From the NCBI GenBank assembly GCA_963663165.1, contig OY760175.1, positions 2,304,001-2,368,000 on the forward strand: DNA of 64,000 nt. The letters run 5' to 3'. Below are positions 36,422-45,472 of the stretch, in pieces. Every line of letters begins with the position of its first letter. Position 1 is the first letter of the stretch. This DNA comes from an uncultured Desulfospira sp. GTDB taxonomy: Bacteria; Desulfobacterota; Desulfobacteria; Desulfobacterales; Desulfobacteraceae. A program made the position numbers and the translations under genes. The notes under the pieces were generated by a model, which worked only from the letters and a program-made list of their open reading frames with translations, ran no database searches and was not told the DNA's origin.

Positions 36422-36517
36422 GGATTTCAACAACAGTGCCGACTTGCCCAATCACCAGCCCTCGTTTAGATAAATTTTCAACAAGTGCTACAACATCATA
36501 AATCTTTATATTTTCAT
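36422..36517 (-). pseudogene. DUF4926-like gene remnant
   Basis: Minus-strand IKIYDVVALVENLSKRGLVIGQVGTVVEIL, frameshifted after the ATG and 3'-truncated. Confidence 0.65.
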
Positions 36518-36531
36518 TATTCTACCTGCCT

Positions 36532-36711
36532 TTATTTGACGTAACAAGTTGTTAGTCTTGGGTTTGATTCATTTCGTTTAATAATCCAACTTGTGCGTAC
36601 AACAGCTTTTTTCGATTCATATTGAATTTCGATATCGGCTGTGTAGCGTTGACCATATTGATCCTGTTCACCTTTTAGACAATCTACTTTTATCATCATT
36701 GTTTTTATTCG
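36532..36711 (-). pseudogene. DUF6883-like gene 3' remnant
   Basis: Minus-strand GEQDQYGQRYTADIEIQYESKKAVVRTSWIIKRNESNPRLTTCYVK*. Confidence 0.65.
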
Positions 36712-37141
36712 ATTTGATTACACCGCCATGGGAGACAATGTCAATTTAGCCTCCCGCCTTGAAGGGGCCAATAAAAATTACGGCACCACCATCCTGATAT
36801 CCGAATCCACCCGGGACCGGGTAAAAGATCAATACTTTTGCCGGTTTATTGACAAGGTTCAGGTCAAGGGCCGGCAGCAGCCGGAAAACCTTTTTGAACC
36901 CCTGTGCCAGGGCCGGCCGGCCCCTGAGGTCATAGAAAAAATAAAAACCTTTGAAACGGGCGTCACCGCCTATCAGCAGGGAAACTTCAAACAGGCCAAA
37001 GAGATCTTTTCTGCCCTGGATCAGGAGAATCCCTCCCAGCTTTACCTGTCCTATCTGAACCGGATCAATGGCTATCTGGAAACGGCCGTGCCTCCCAACT
37101 GGGACGGCACCGGGAGCGGCTGCCGATGGTCAACCGCTTAG
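36710..37141 (+). pseudogene. 3' fragment of a class III adenylate/guanylate cyclase
   Basis: RFDYTAMGDNVNLASRLEGANK.YGTTILISEST..VQVKGR..PPNWDG; N-terminal part absent. Confidence 0.85.
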
Positions 37142-37159
37142 AGACCAAATAGAATTAGC

Positions 37160-38611
37160 CTAATTCCCTTCCTGATCGGAGATCAGGCGCAGCTTGCGCC
37201 ACAGCGCGGCCCGGCTGATGCCGAGAAGCTCGGCCGCCTTTGTTTTGTTGCCGCCGGTCATTTCAATGGCTTTGAGAATGTGGTTGTACTCCATTTGCTG
37301 GATGGTCAGAAAGGCGGCCTCTTCCTCTTGCAGCTCTTCAGGGGTTTTGACCCTGAGCCTGTCCGGCAGATGTTCAACCGCCATATCCTCTCCCCGGGCC
37401 CGCAAAAATGCGTTTTCAATGATGTGCTTGAGTTCCCGGACGTTTCCGGGGAAATCGTAGGATTTAAACGCCGACAGCACCTCATCGGGCAGGGTGATCA
37501 TTCTGCCGAATTCCTGATTCAGCCGGTCCAGAAAAAACCGGCAAAGCAATGCCAGATCGTCTGTGCGCCGGCGCAAGGGGGGGATCTCAATTTCCATGGC
37601 CCGCATCCGGCTGAAAAGATCCATGGGAAATTTCCCCTCCTTAACCCTTTCCTGAATGTTCTGCTGGGCTGCCACAATAAAGCGGATATCCATGGAAAAA
37701 TCAGAAGTATCCCTCTTTTTGTCTATGATCCCGAGCATTTCACGCTGTATATCCTCAGGCATATTTTCAATATGATCCAGCAGGATGGTTCCGGAAAAGA
37801 CCGGGGGTTTTTCCAGACCGGATTTGGGATTAAAGGAAACCGGTTTAGGGGTATCATCATAGGCCGCCACCAACTCGGCAAAGCGGAAATCTTTGCTGAA
37901 ACATCCGCAGTCAAATGCCAGGAATTTTTGATGCCGGCGGCGGCTCAAGGCATGGATGGTCCGGGCCGCCAGTTCCTTTCCCGTGCCGATTTCACCCTTA
38001 ATAATGACGGCGCAGTCCATTTCGGCAATCCTTCTGATATTTTTTTTCAGTCGAAGGACCTGCTCGGTTTCGCCCACGATTTCCAATAAAGGGCCGGTTG
38101 CCCCGGGCCGGTTGCCCGTATCCGTCCCTGCCGAACTTAAGCCGTCACCCGGATATTCATGGGCGGCTGAAATTTCCACCCGGCCCGATGATCCGGCCGC
38201 CGGTGCATTGTTTCTTGACGGGGACGGCTTGATGACGATGGTTTTCCCCTCATCTTCCCAATGTTTGATCATGTCCCACAACCCGCCCATGGAATCCTTT
38301 TCAACGTATACGGATCCTAAAGCTTCGGTGGCCTGCTTAACCTTTTCATTGCCGTAACCGGTCAAAAGGACGGTTCTCAAATCGGGCAGAATTTCCTTTA
38401 ACTTTGTAATCGTCACCAGGCCGTCCATATCCGGCATTTTCAGATCCACAATGGCCAGATCAATGTGTATCCCCCTTGCAATCTCGAGTGCCTGAAGGCC
38501 GGACAAGGCCTTTAACGGGGTAAGCCCCAAAAGGGAAATCCGCTTGGATATGGAATCGAGCAGCCGCTCCTCATCATCCACCAGCAATATGGTCTTCTCT
38601 GATAAGGTCAC
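37160..38611 (-). CDS. REC-AAA+-Fis HTH regulator (NtrC-like, degenerate)
   Basis: REC domain, GEIGTGKE, YDFPGNVRELKH, GNKTKAAELLGISRAALWRKL; no GAFTGA. Confidence 0.88.
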   Translation of the reverse strand: MTLSEKTILLVDDEERLLDSISKRISLLGLTPLKALSGLQALEIARGIHIDLAIVDLKMPDMDGLVTITKLKEILPDLRTVLLTGYGNEKVKQATEALGSVYVEKDSMGGLWDMIKHWEDEGKTIVIKPSPSRNNAPAAGSSGRVEISAAHEYPGDGLSSAGTDTGNRPGATGPLLEIVGETEQVLRLKKNIRRIAEMDCAVIIKGEIGTGKELAARTIHALSRRRHQKFLAFDCGCFSKDFRFAELVAAYDDTPKPVSFNPKSGLEKPPVFSGTILLDHIENMPEDIQREMLGIIDKKRDTSDFSMDIRFIVAAQQNIQERVKEGKFPMDLFSRMRAMEIEIPPLRRRTDDLALLCRFFLDRLNQEFGRMITLPDEVLSAFKSYDFPGNVRELKHIIENAFLRARGEDMAVEHLPDRLRVKTPEELQEEEAAFLTIQQMEYNHILKAIEMTGGNKTKAAELLGISRAALWRKLRLISDQEGN

Positions 38612-38614
38612 AGG

Positions 38615-39415
38615 CTACTTTCTCTTGGGATGGTCCATGGCCACAGCATCATCCACATCGCCGCCCTGGGCCATGCCGGCTGCGGCCATGGTGGATTCAA
38701 GCTTGTTTAATATCTTCCGGAATACCCCCCAGAAACTGCCCATGTCTTCTTTATCAAAATAAAAGGAATTCAGGGCTTCGGTGGCTTCCTTGAGCTTGTC
38801 GTCCCCGTGGCCGGTTAAGAGCAGGGTTTGTACCGACGGGTCAATCTTTTTCAACCGGGTGATCAGCACCAGCCCTTCCATATCCGGCATTTGCTGATCC
38901 ACAATAGCCAGGTGAACCTTTGTGGTTTCCATGATCTTCAGGGCTTCGCTCCCGTTCAGGGCGGTTAAGGGGTCATACCCTTTTAAACGGATCCGGTCGG
39001 CCAGGGTGTTGAGGAACTTGGGGTTGTCATCCACCAGAAGGATATTGACATTCCCCAAAGACAGATTGGCCAGAAAGGTCCAGAAATCCGCAATATTTTC
39101 CTTGTCAAAATAAGAGGAGTTCAGGGCCTGGGTGGCCTCTTTGAGTTTTTCATCCCCGTGGCCCGTCAACAGCAGGGTCTGGATATCCGGGGAGAGTGCC
39201 TTTAATTTGGTGATCACCACCAGGCCTTCCATGTCCGGCATCTGCTGGTCCACTACGGCCACATGAACCGTTTCTTTGGCTGCAATTTCAAGGGCAGCCG
39301 CACCGTTTTCTGCGGTCAGGACATTGTAGCCCTTGAGTTTGGCCCTGTCAGCCATGGAGTTTAAGAACTTTACATTATCATCTACCAGCAACAGTGTGAT
39401 TTTATTTTCATTCAT
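38615..39415 (-). CDS. Tandem-receiver response regulator
   Basis: Two near-duplicate REC domains (LLVDD..VDQQMPDMEGL..LLTGHG). Confidence 0.9.
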   Translation of the reverse strand: MNENKITLLLVDDNVKFLNSMADRAKLKGYNVLTAENGAAALEIAAKETVHVAVVDQQMPDMEGLVVITKLKALSPDIQTLLLTGHGDEKLKEATQALNSSYFDKENIADFWTFLANLSLGNVNILLVDDNPKFLNTLADRIRLKGYDPLTALNGSEALKIMETTKVHLAIVDQQMPDMEGLVLITRLKKIDPSVQTLLLTGHGDDKLKEATEALNSFYFDKEDMGSFWGVFRKILNKLESTMAAAGMAQGGDVDDAVAMDHPKRK

Positions 39416-39476
39416 ATTTCACCTCATTGGTTTGCCCTGTCAAGGGTGTGTGCAAAACATTTAACTGCCATTGGCC

Positions 39477-39905
39477 TTAGTGACCGCCGCCTCCGAGCAA
39501 TCCGGATGCCGCCACCAGGAGGACAATAATTTCCAGAATGGCGATGGTCGTATAAATCCAGTCCTTTTTAGCCAAAAACCCCTTTACCAGTACTGTGTAG
39601 CAGACAACCGTCATCAGGGCAAGCAAAGCAAACCCCAGGTAATTTAAAAAATCCCCCTGACCGATGAGATGGACCCAGTCCCATCCATGGGGGGAATGGG
39701 TCAGCTCAAGATACTCGTTTACCCCTTTGCCCCAAAGCGTGGTTACCGTGTGGATATCCACATGAGGGGGCAAAACACCAAAAACATAAACAAAATAGGT
39801 CGCAAACAACAATGCAATCCCGAACCAGACACCGATCACCAGGATATTTGCATAAATGATCTGTTCTTTGGAAGGCCGCATTGCCTGATTATCCTGTTCA
39901 CTCAT
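39477..39905 (-). CDS. DUF1634-like membrane protein
   Basis: Three TMs, PHGWDW..GDFLNYLG, ends GGGH; downstream of TauE. Confidence 0.78.
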   Translation of the reverse strand: MSEQDNQAMRPSKEQIIYANILVIGVWFGIALLFATYFVYVFGVLPPHVDIHTVTTLWGKGVNEYLELTHSPHGWDWVHLIGQGDFLNYLGFALLALMTVVCYTVLVKGFLAKKDWIYTTIAILEIIVLLVAASGLLGGGGH

Positions 39906-39943
39906 TTTTATATTTTCACTCCTTTTTTTAAATTTATGGCAGA

Positions 39944-40918
39944 TTATCCGAGAAAGCCCAGTCCAAGGCCCTTGTCAATGGCCTTTAAGCCGGCAAACAG
40001 CAGGACCACGATAACAAACACCCGGATCATTTTCGGCTTGGCAATGGCCAGGACCTTCACGCCGATCAAAGATCCGAGCATCAGCCCGACAATGGACGGC
40101 ACGCCGATCAGGGGAATCACACACCCTCTGTTCATATAAATCCAGGCAGCCGAGGTGTCGGTGATGGAGAGCAAAAACTTACTGGTGGCCACAGAGATCT
40201 TCAAGGGGGCGCCCATTAACAGGTTGAGCACCGGCACATTGGCCCAACCGGCGCCTAAGCCGAACATACCGGCCAAAAGCCCGATCAGGATAAACAAAAA
40301 CAGGCCCAGAAGGGTTCTGTGGGTTTTCCACTCCACTGCTTCCCTGGCCCCTTCATCCCAGTAGATACCATTGAGGCCAAGGGCAAGGCCAATGGCGTCC
40401 TGCTTGGTCACAACCGGTTTTTCAGAATTTTTTGAAAAGAAGAGCAACGCCGCAATCCCCACAATGGTGACCCCAAGGCAGGTCTGGATAATATCCGGGT
40501 TAAGGGACGACAGGTATAACCCGAGCATGGCCCCTAATATGGAAAAGGTCGAGGCAATCAGGGCCACAGGCAGCGCCAACCGCAGATTGGCAAGGTTCCG
40601 GCGAAGCAGGCCCGGACCTGCGGCCAGGGCGCCTGCAAGGGCCACCATAAGCCCGACCCCCCTGACAAAGTCAATGTGAAAGGGGAAAAATCCACTGACC
40701 AGGGGAACGTACAACACCCCGCCCCCGACACCGGCCATAACTGCCAGAACCCCCAGTATCAGGCAGAAAAAGAAAAGGACGATAGGCCAAAACCACCAGG
40801 GTTTATCGGATGCAACCACGGCCTGTTCAGTGGCAAAGGCAAGTGCCGGACAGCCCAGTATGAATACAACCAGAAAGACCTGCAACCGATTTAACGAGCG
40901 CTTCAAATCTTTAACCAT
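39944..40918 (-). CDS. Sulfite exporter TauE/SafE family protein
   Basis: MAGVGGGVLYVP and GMFGLGAGWANVP repeats, P.K.SVATS. Confidence 0.88.
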   Translation of the reverse strand: MVKDLKRSLNRLQVFLVVFILGCPALAFATEQAVVASDKPWWFWPIVLFFFCLILGVLAVMAGVGGGVLYVPLVSGFFPFHIDFVRGVGLMVALAGALAAGPGLLRRNLANLRLALPVALIASTFSILGAMLGLYLSSLNPDIIQTCLGVTIVGIAALLFFSKNSEKPVVTKQDAIGLALGLNGIYWDEGAREAVEWKTHRTLLGLFLFILIGLLAGMFGLGAGWANVPVLNLLMGAPLKISVATSKFLLSITDTSAAWIYMNRGCVIPLIGVPSIVGLMLGSLIGVKVLAIAKPKMIRVFVIVVLLFAGLKAIDKGLGLGFLG

Positions 40919-40962
40919 TAATCTGTCTCCTTGAATCTTGTGTTAAAATTTCCTTCGTTTTG

Positions 40963-41007
40963 CTTTTTTTGTTTACACATTTACTTTTTTTGTTTACAAA
41001 TGAAACA
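40963..41007. promoter_or_regulatory. Direct repeat / TGT-N11-ACA site in the divergent promoter
   Basis: CTTTTTTTGTTTACA at 40963 and 40984; TGTTTACAAATGAAACA 40991-41007. Confidence 0.5.
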
Positions 41008-41070
41008 CAATATGATTATGGGTGTTGTATAGAGTATAAATTTTAAACAGTCAACAAGAAAATTATAATT

Positions 41071-41451
41071 ATGAAACATGCCGATGTATTAGTGATTGAC
41101 GATGAACAGAAATTTGCCGGGATGCTGGCCAAGCGCCTGGAACTTAGAGGACTGGAATGTGCTGTCTGTTATGACGGAATGTCGGGCGTAGAGTGGATTC
41201 GACAGTCCCCTGACGGGGTTACACTGGTTCTGCTGGATTTGAACCTTCCGGATATTTATGGCACACAAGTCATGGTTGAAATTAAAAAAATCAACCCGCA
41301 GCTTCCGGTGGTCATTGTCACCGGGCATGGCAGCGAAGCCGATAAAATCGAGTGCATGAAGCTCGGCGCAGCCGATTTTAAAAACAAACCGCTTAAAATT
41401 GAAACGGTCATGGCGCTGCTAAACAGGATAAAAGAAAGTGAGCGTGTCTAA
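41071..41451 (+). CDS. Single-domain response regulator
   Basis: VIDDE, LLDLNLPD, VTGHG, NKP. Confidence 0.9.
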   Translation: MKHADVLVIDDEQKFAGMLAKRLELRGLECAVCYDGMSGVEWIRQSPDGVTLVLLDLNLPDIYGTQVMVEIKKINPQLPVVIVTGHGSEADKIECMKLGAADFKNKPLKIETVMALLNRIKESERV

Positions 41452-43233
41452 ATGATGAGGAATCATCCGCTTTTAGAAAAGATACAACCCAACTTTTTAT
41501 TCCACAAACATAGTGTTCATCTGGACTCTTTTTACACATTTGAAAGCTATGAGCGGATCTGGATCAGTTTTATCTGTATCCTGGCCATATCCTCCCTGGC
41601 TCCCCTGGTACTGGCCACCATGATCCATTACAAGCTGATCCAGCGGTCTACGGATTCCGAGCTCACCCTGCGGGCGGAACGGCTCACCTCCAACGCCCGG
41701 CGGTCTGTTTCATTTTTCATTGACGAACGGCTGGATGCCCTGTCTTTTACCGTTAATGAAAGCGGCTACGACAACCTGACAGATCCCGGTAAAATCAAGC
41801 AGGTGCTAAACAACTTGCGGCTTGGATTCGGGGGATTTACGGACTTGAGCGTGATTGATGAAGACGGGCAACAGGTGGCCTATGCCGGCCCCTTTAACCT
41901 TGAAGGCAAAAACTATGAGGATCAGCCGTGGTTTGCCCAGAGCCTGAAGTCCGACAACTTTGTCAGTGAGGTCTTTACCGGATACCGGGACGCCCCGCAT
42001 ATCATCATTGCCGTCAGGTCCAAAACACCGGAAGGCGCCCCGTATATTCTGCGGGCCACCCTGGATACCGAACGGCTCATCCAGATGCTGTTATCCTACA
42101 AACCCAATGTCCATACCGATATCTTCCTGATCAACCACAAGGGCATCTTGCAGACCCCGTCAACTAAATATGGGAATGTCCTTGGCAAAACGGATTTTGA
42201 AATCCCGGCCTTCTCCCCCCGGACCATTGCCGAGAAAACCGTTGAGGAGCAGGACACGGTGGCCAGCCATAGCAAGACCATTATCGCGGGCTATTCCTAT
42301 ATTTTTACGGACAAGGTAAAAACCCCGTTTATCCTGGTGGTCCGGAAAGAAAAAGAAGGAACCATGCAAAACTGGCTGGATATGGGAAAAACCTTTAACT
42401 GGATCATCGGGGTCAGCAGCGTGGTCATTATTATTATCATAACGCTTTTGTCCACGTTCATGGTGAATAAGCTCTATCTTGCCGACAAGACCAAGGCCAG
42501 AACCATGCTCCAGATGGAACAGAACCAGCAGCTGGCCAGCATCGGGCAGCTGGCTGCAGGGGTTGCCCATGAAATCAACAACCCCCTGGCCCTGATCAAC
42601 GAGACCGCCGGGTATATCAGGGATATTTTCAGTTTTGCACCTGAAGAAGAGCTGGACAGACAGGAAATTGTGGAGCATATTGATTCCGTGCTGGATGCCG
42701 TGGAACGATGCGGCACCATCACCGGGCAGCTGCTGGGCTTTGTTCGCCGGTTTGACATCAGGATAAAAAAAATAGACCTGGGTCAGATGATTGAAAGTGT
42801 CTTAAACTTTCATAAAAAAGAAGCCCAATACCGGAACATCTGTGTGAGCACTGCCAAACCGGATGACCCGGTATTCATTGAAACCGACAGCGGCAAACTC
42901 CAGCAGATCCTGGTCAACCTGGTGAACAATGCGTTCCAGGCCCTGGACGAGGGGGATTGCCTTGACATCATGGTGTCTTTTGTTAACCCGGAGACCATAC
43001 AGATTGTGGTTAAAGATACGGGCTGCGGCATCCCGGCAGAAAATCTTAAAAAAATTCATGAGCCCTTTTTCAGCACCAAAAAAGAAAAGTTGGGAACCGG
43101 ACTGGGGCTTTCAATTACTTACGGACTGATCAAAAAGCTCCAGGGGAATATCAGCGTTCAGAGTGTCGAGGGCCAGGGGACCATATTTACCGTAACGCTT
43201 CCCGTCAAGATTCAGGAAGGGGATTTGGCATGA
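41452..43233 (+). CDS. Membrane sensor histidine kinase (Cache-type sensor)
   Basis: Two TMs; GVAHEINNPL, NLVNNA, DTGCGI, FFSTK, GTGLGL. Confidence 0.93.
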   Translation: MMRNHPLLEKIQPNFLFHKHSVHLDSFYTFESYERIWISFICILAISSLAPLVLATMIHYKLIQRSTDSELTLRAERLTSNARRSVSFFIDERLDALSFTVNESGYDNLTDPGKIKQVLNNLRLGFGGFTDLSVIDEDGQQVAYAGPFNLEGKNYEDQPWFAQSLKSDNFVSEVFTGYRDAPHIIIAVRSKTPEGAPYILRATLDTERLIQMLLSYKPNVHTDIFLINHKGILQTPSTKYGNVLGKTDFEIPAFSPRTIAEKTVEEQDTVASHSKTIIAGYSYIFTDKVKTPFILVVRKEKEGTMQNWLDMGKTFNWIIGVSSVVIIIIITLLSTFMVNKLYLADKTKARTMLQMEQNQQLASIGQLAAGVAHEINNPLALINETAGYIRDIFSFAPEEELDRQEIVEHIDSVLDAVERCGTITGQLLGFVRRFDIRIKKIDLGQMIESVLNFHKKEAQYRNICVSTAKPDDPVFIETDSGKLQQILVNLVNNAFQALDEGDCLDIMVSFVNPETIQIVVKDTGCGIPAENLKKIHEPFFSTKKEKLGTGLGLSITYGLIKKLQGNISVQSVEGQGTIFTVTLPVKIQEGDLA

Positions 43234-43592
43234 AAGTCATTTTAGTGGATGATGAACAAAAATTTATTGTGATGCTCTCCAAACGCTTAAAGTTCAGGGG
43301 AGTTGATTCAACCCCGGTCATGACCGGTGAAGACGCCATAAAAGAAGTATCCCAAGCGCCCTATGATGTGGCGGTCCTGGACATTAAAATGCCGGGTATC
43401 AGCGGGCTTGCACTGAAAAACGAATTGGTGGCCATCAACCCGGACTTAAAATTTGTCTTTGTTACCGGACATGGCGCCGCCATTGACCAAGACAAGCCTG
43501 GATATGCGGCCGACGACATCTATTTGTCAAAACCCCTGGACATTGATGTCTTAATCAACACCATCCAGAAACTGGTTGGGAATAGCTGTTAG
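43230..43592 (+). CDS. Single-domain response regulator
   Basis: LVDDE, VLDIKMPG, VTGHG, SKP. Confidence 0.9.
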   Translation: MKVILVDDEQKFIVMLSKRLKFRGVDSTPVMTGEDAIKEVSQAPYDVAVLDIKMPGISGLALKNELVAINPDLKFVFVTGHGAAIDQDKPGYAADDIYLSKPLDIDVLINTIQKLVGNSC

Positions 43593-43627
43593 CTCTTAGC
43601 CGTTAGCTGTTCGCCTTCATCCGTTCA
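43583..43627. repeat. Degenerate heptamer repeat (TAGCTGT/TAGCCGT)
   Basis: tagctgt tagctct tagccgt tagctgt tcgcctt; reverse complement of the unit at 3-54. Confidence 0.65.
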
Positions 43628-43646
43628 CAACAAAAGGGAGAAAAGA

Positions 43647-44294
43647 GTGAATTCACCGATGAACAATGAAATGGAAAGCCTGAAATTTTTTGGAAAAGTC
43701 AACGCCAGTATCTCTCACGAACTGAAAAACATTTTTGCCATTATTTCGGAAACCACGGGGTTCCTTGACGATCTGACCCAGCTGGCCAAAAAAGGGGAAA
43801 AATTTGACCTGTCCATTCTTGAAAACTGCAACGCCAGTATTGCCGAAGAAATCGAACGGGGATTTCAGGTCATCCGGCGCATGAACCGCTTTGCCCACAG
43901 TGTGGACGACCCCCTGAAAGAAATCCATCTGGCCTCAACCTTAGAGCTGACGGCCAAGTTAACCGGGCTGTTAAGTTATGCCAAACCCGTCAAGATTACG
44001 GAGCCTGCCCAGGATATCCTGATCACCACCAGCCCTTTCTTGTTCCAGGGGCTGATATACCAGATCCTGTGCGAGCTGTACCAGATCCCGGAAACCAAAG
44101 AGGTTTTGATCCGACTTGACCCGGTTGCCGATACCCAGATTCAATTAATTGTGTCAAATTTTGCATCCAGCCCTTGTGATTTCCTGTCATCCCGGGATAT
44201 AAAGGGAAAAGCAGCAAAGCTCAACATTGATCTTGAAGTCAGCACAGATCCGGCCGAAATTTCCATACGGGTTCCAAGGTCAGTGGATCTGTGA
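43647..44294 (+). CDS. HisKA-only kinase-like protein (possible phosphotransferase)
   Basis: H-box SISHELKN retained; N, G1, F and G2 boxes not recognisable. Confidence 0.72.
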   Translation: MNSPMNNEMESLKFFGKVNASISHELKNIFAIISETTGFLDDLTQLAKKGEKFDLSILENCNASIAEEIERGFQVIRRMNRFAHSVDDPLKEIHLASTLELTAKLTGLLSYAKPVKITEPAQDILITTSPFLFQGLIYQILCELYQIPETKEVLIRLDPVADTQIQLIVSNFASSPCDFLSSRDIKGKAAKLNIDLEVSTDPAEISIRVPRSVDL

Positions 44295-44437
44295 CAAACC
44301 GATATGACTTAACCGTCAACCCCTGTGGGGTAGCGACCGGACAGCCTGTATTTTAGCGCAGGGCTTTTACGTCCGAAATAAAACTTGAAAGCTTTCAGCC
44401 GACAGCTGACAGCTTTATTGCCGGGAAAGGAGGAAAC

Positions 44438-44932
44438 ATGTCCGATAACGAAAAAATCAATCTGCTGATGGTGGATGATGAGGAAAAATTTTTAGATGCT
44501 ATTACCGAACGGCTGAAACTCAAATTCTTTGACATTGAAACCGCCACCAACGGAAAAGACGCCATTGCCTTATCAGAACAGAGCCGATTCGATGTTGCGG
44601 TAGTGGACCTTCAGATGCCCGGTATAGACGGCGTGGAACTGCTGAAAACCTTGAAAAAAGGGCATAAATTTTTAGAAATCATTATCCTGTCAGGCCATGC
44701 CACCATTGAAACGGCGGTAGAATGCACCAAACTGGGCGCCTATAAAATTCTTGAAAAGCCCGCCAAATTTGAAGTCCTGGTGGATACTATAAAAGATGCT
44801 TATGAATCGCGGCTTAAGAAAAAATTTGAAAATGATGAAAAAAGAATGCAGGAGATTCAGTCCCTTGCCTTTGGCCAGTCTGCCCTTGGGATATTAAGAG
44901 AACTGTCCAAAATAGACGACGATCAGAAATAA
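44438..44932 (+). CDS. Response regulator with C-terminal helical tail
   Basis: MVDDE, VVDLQMPG, LSGHA, EKP; AGGAGG RBS. Confidence 0.9.
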   Translation: MSDNEKINLLMVDDEEKFLDAITERLKLKFFDIETATNGKDAIALSEQSRFDVAVVDLQMPGIDGVELLKTLKKGHKFLEIIILSGHATIETAVECTKLGAYKILEKPAKFEVLVDTIKDAYESRLKKKFENDEKRMQEIQSLAFGQSALGILRELSKIDDDQK

Positions 44933-44950
44933 TCTAGGAATTCAGGCTGA

Positions 44951-44988
44951 AGGCTGAAGGGGATTAGGGTTGCTAAGCCCTTCAGCCT
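44951..44988. terminator. Hairpin made of heptamer repeats
   Basis: AGGCTGAAGGG (44951-61)/CCCTTCAGCCT (44978-88). Confidence 0.55.
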
Positions 44989-45014
44989 AACCGCCTTCAG
45001 TCTAATTATCTTTT

Positions 45015-45129
45015 ATCCATACTCACATATTGCGATTACCCTGCCCCGGACCTAATGCCCACTGATTTTCAAGGCCCGGGCAAGCACCAGCACATCCACA
45101 CCATCAGCCCCGGTAAAGGGTTCTGGCAG
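45015..45129. repeat. Direct repeat: displaced copy of the comF 3' end and downstream sequence
   Basis: Near-identical to 47890-48009, with a 5-nt deletion and a few substitutions. Confidence 0.92.
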
Positions 45130-45133
45130 TTCG

Positions 45134-45162
45134 GTAGGGCGGGCACGCTCTTTGTGCCCGCC
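45134..45162 (+). repeat. GTAG-type REP-like palindrome
   Basis: GTAG-GGCGGGCAC-gctcttt-GTGCCCGCC. Confidence 0.65.
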
Positions 45163-45472
45163 GGTTTGCCGTAAGCCCGTTTGATTTATCTTTCAGAAAC
45201 AACATATTGTGCTTTGAAACGAAACGGGGATGGGTTGATTCCCAATAATTATTGATTTGTCAGATTTTTAGAGAATCAATTTTATAATATATAAAATTTA
45301 GCCTTGCCTTTCTCTGTTGGAGATGTTTAATCTCCAATTAAGTTGCTTTTCAATGAGGGCATTCATGCTTGGAAATTAGTTTTGAAAAATTTTTCACGCA
45401 ATTCAATTGACAAGCCCTGCGGTTTTAAGTAACGGATACTAAACTATTTTTATTTTAGGGATAGTACTTGTT

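Larger units (their letters stand above)
9300..36710. mobile_element. Composite genomic island (defence genes, recombinase elements, IS, TA modules); boundaries approximate
   Basis: Shift to AT-rich, non-backbone codon usage after the MFS gene; seven tyrosine recombinases and two transposases; right edge is a junction with a truncated cyclase gene. Confidence 0.8.

Noticed and set aside
37280..38089. 269-aa plus-strand ORF and similar long antisense ORFs (e.g. 50214-50918)
   Set aside because: Shadow frames opposite well-supported genes, without motifs or RBS.
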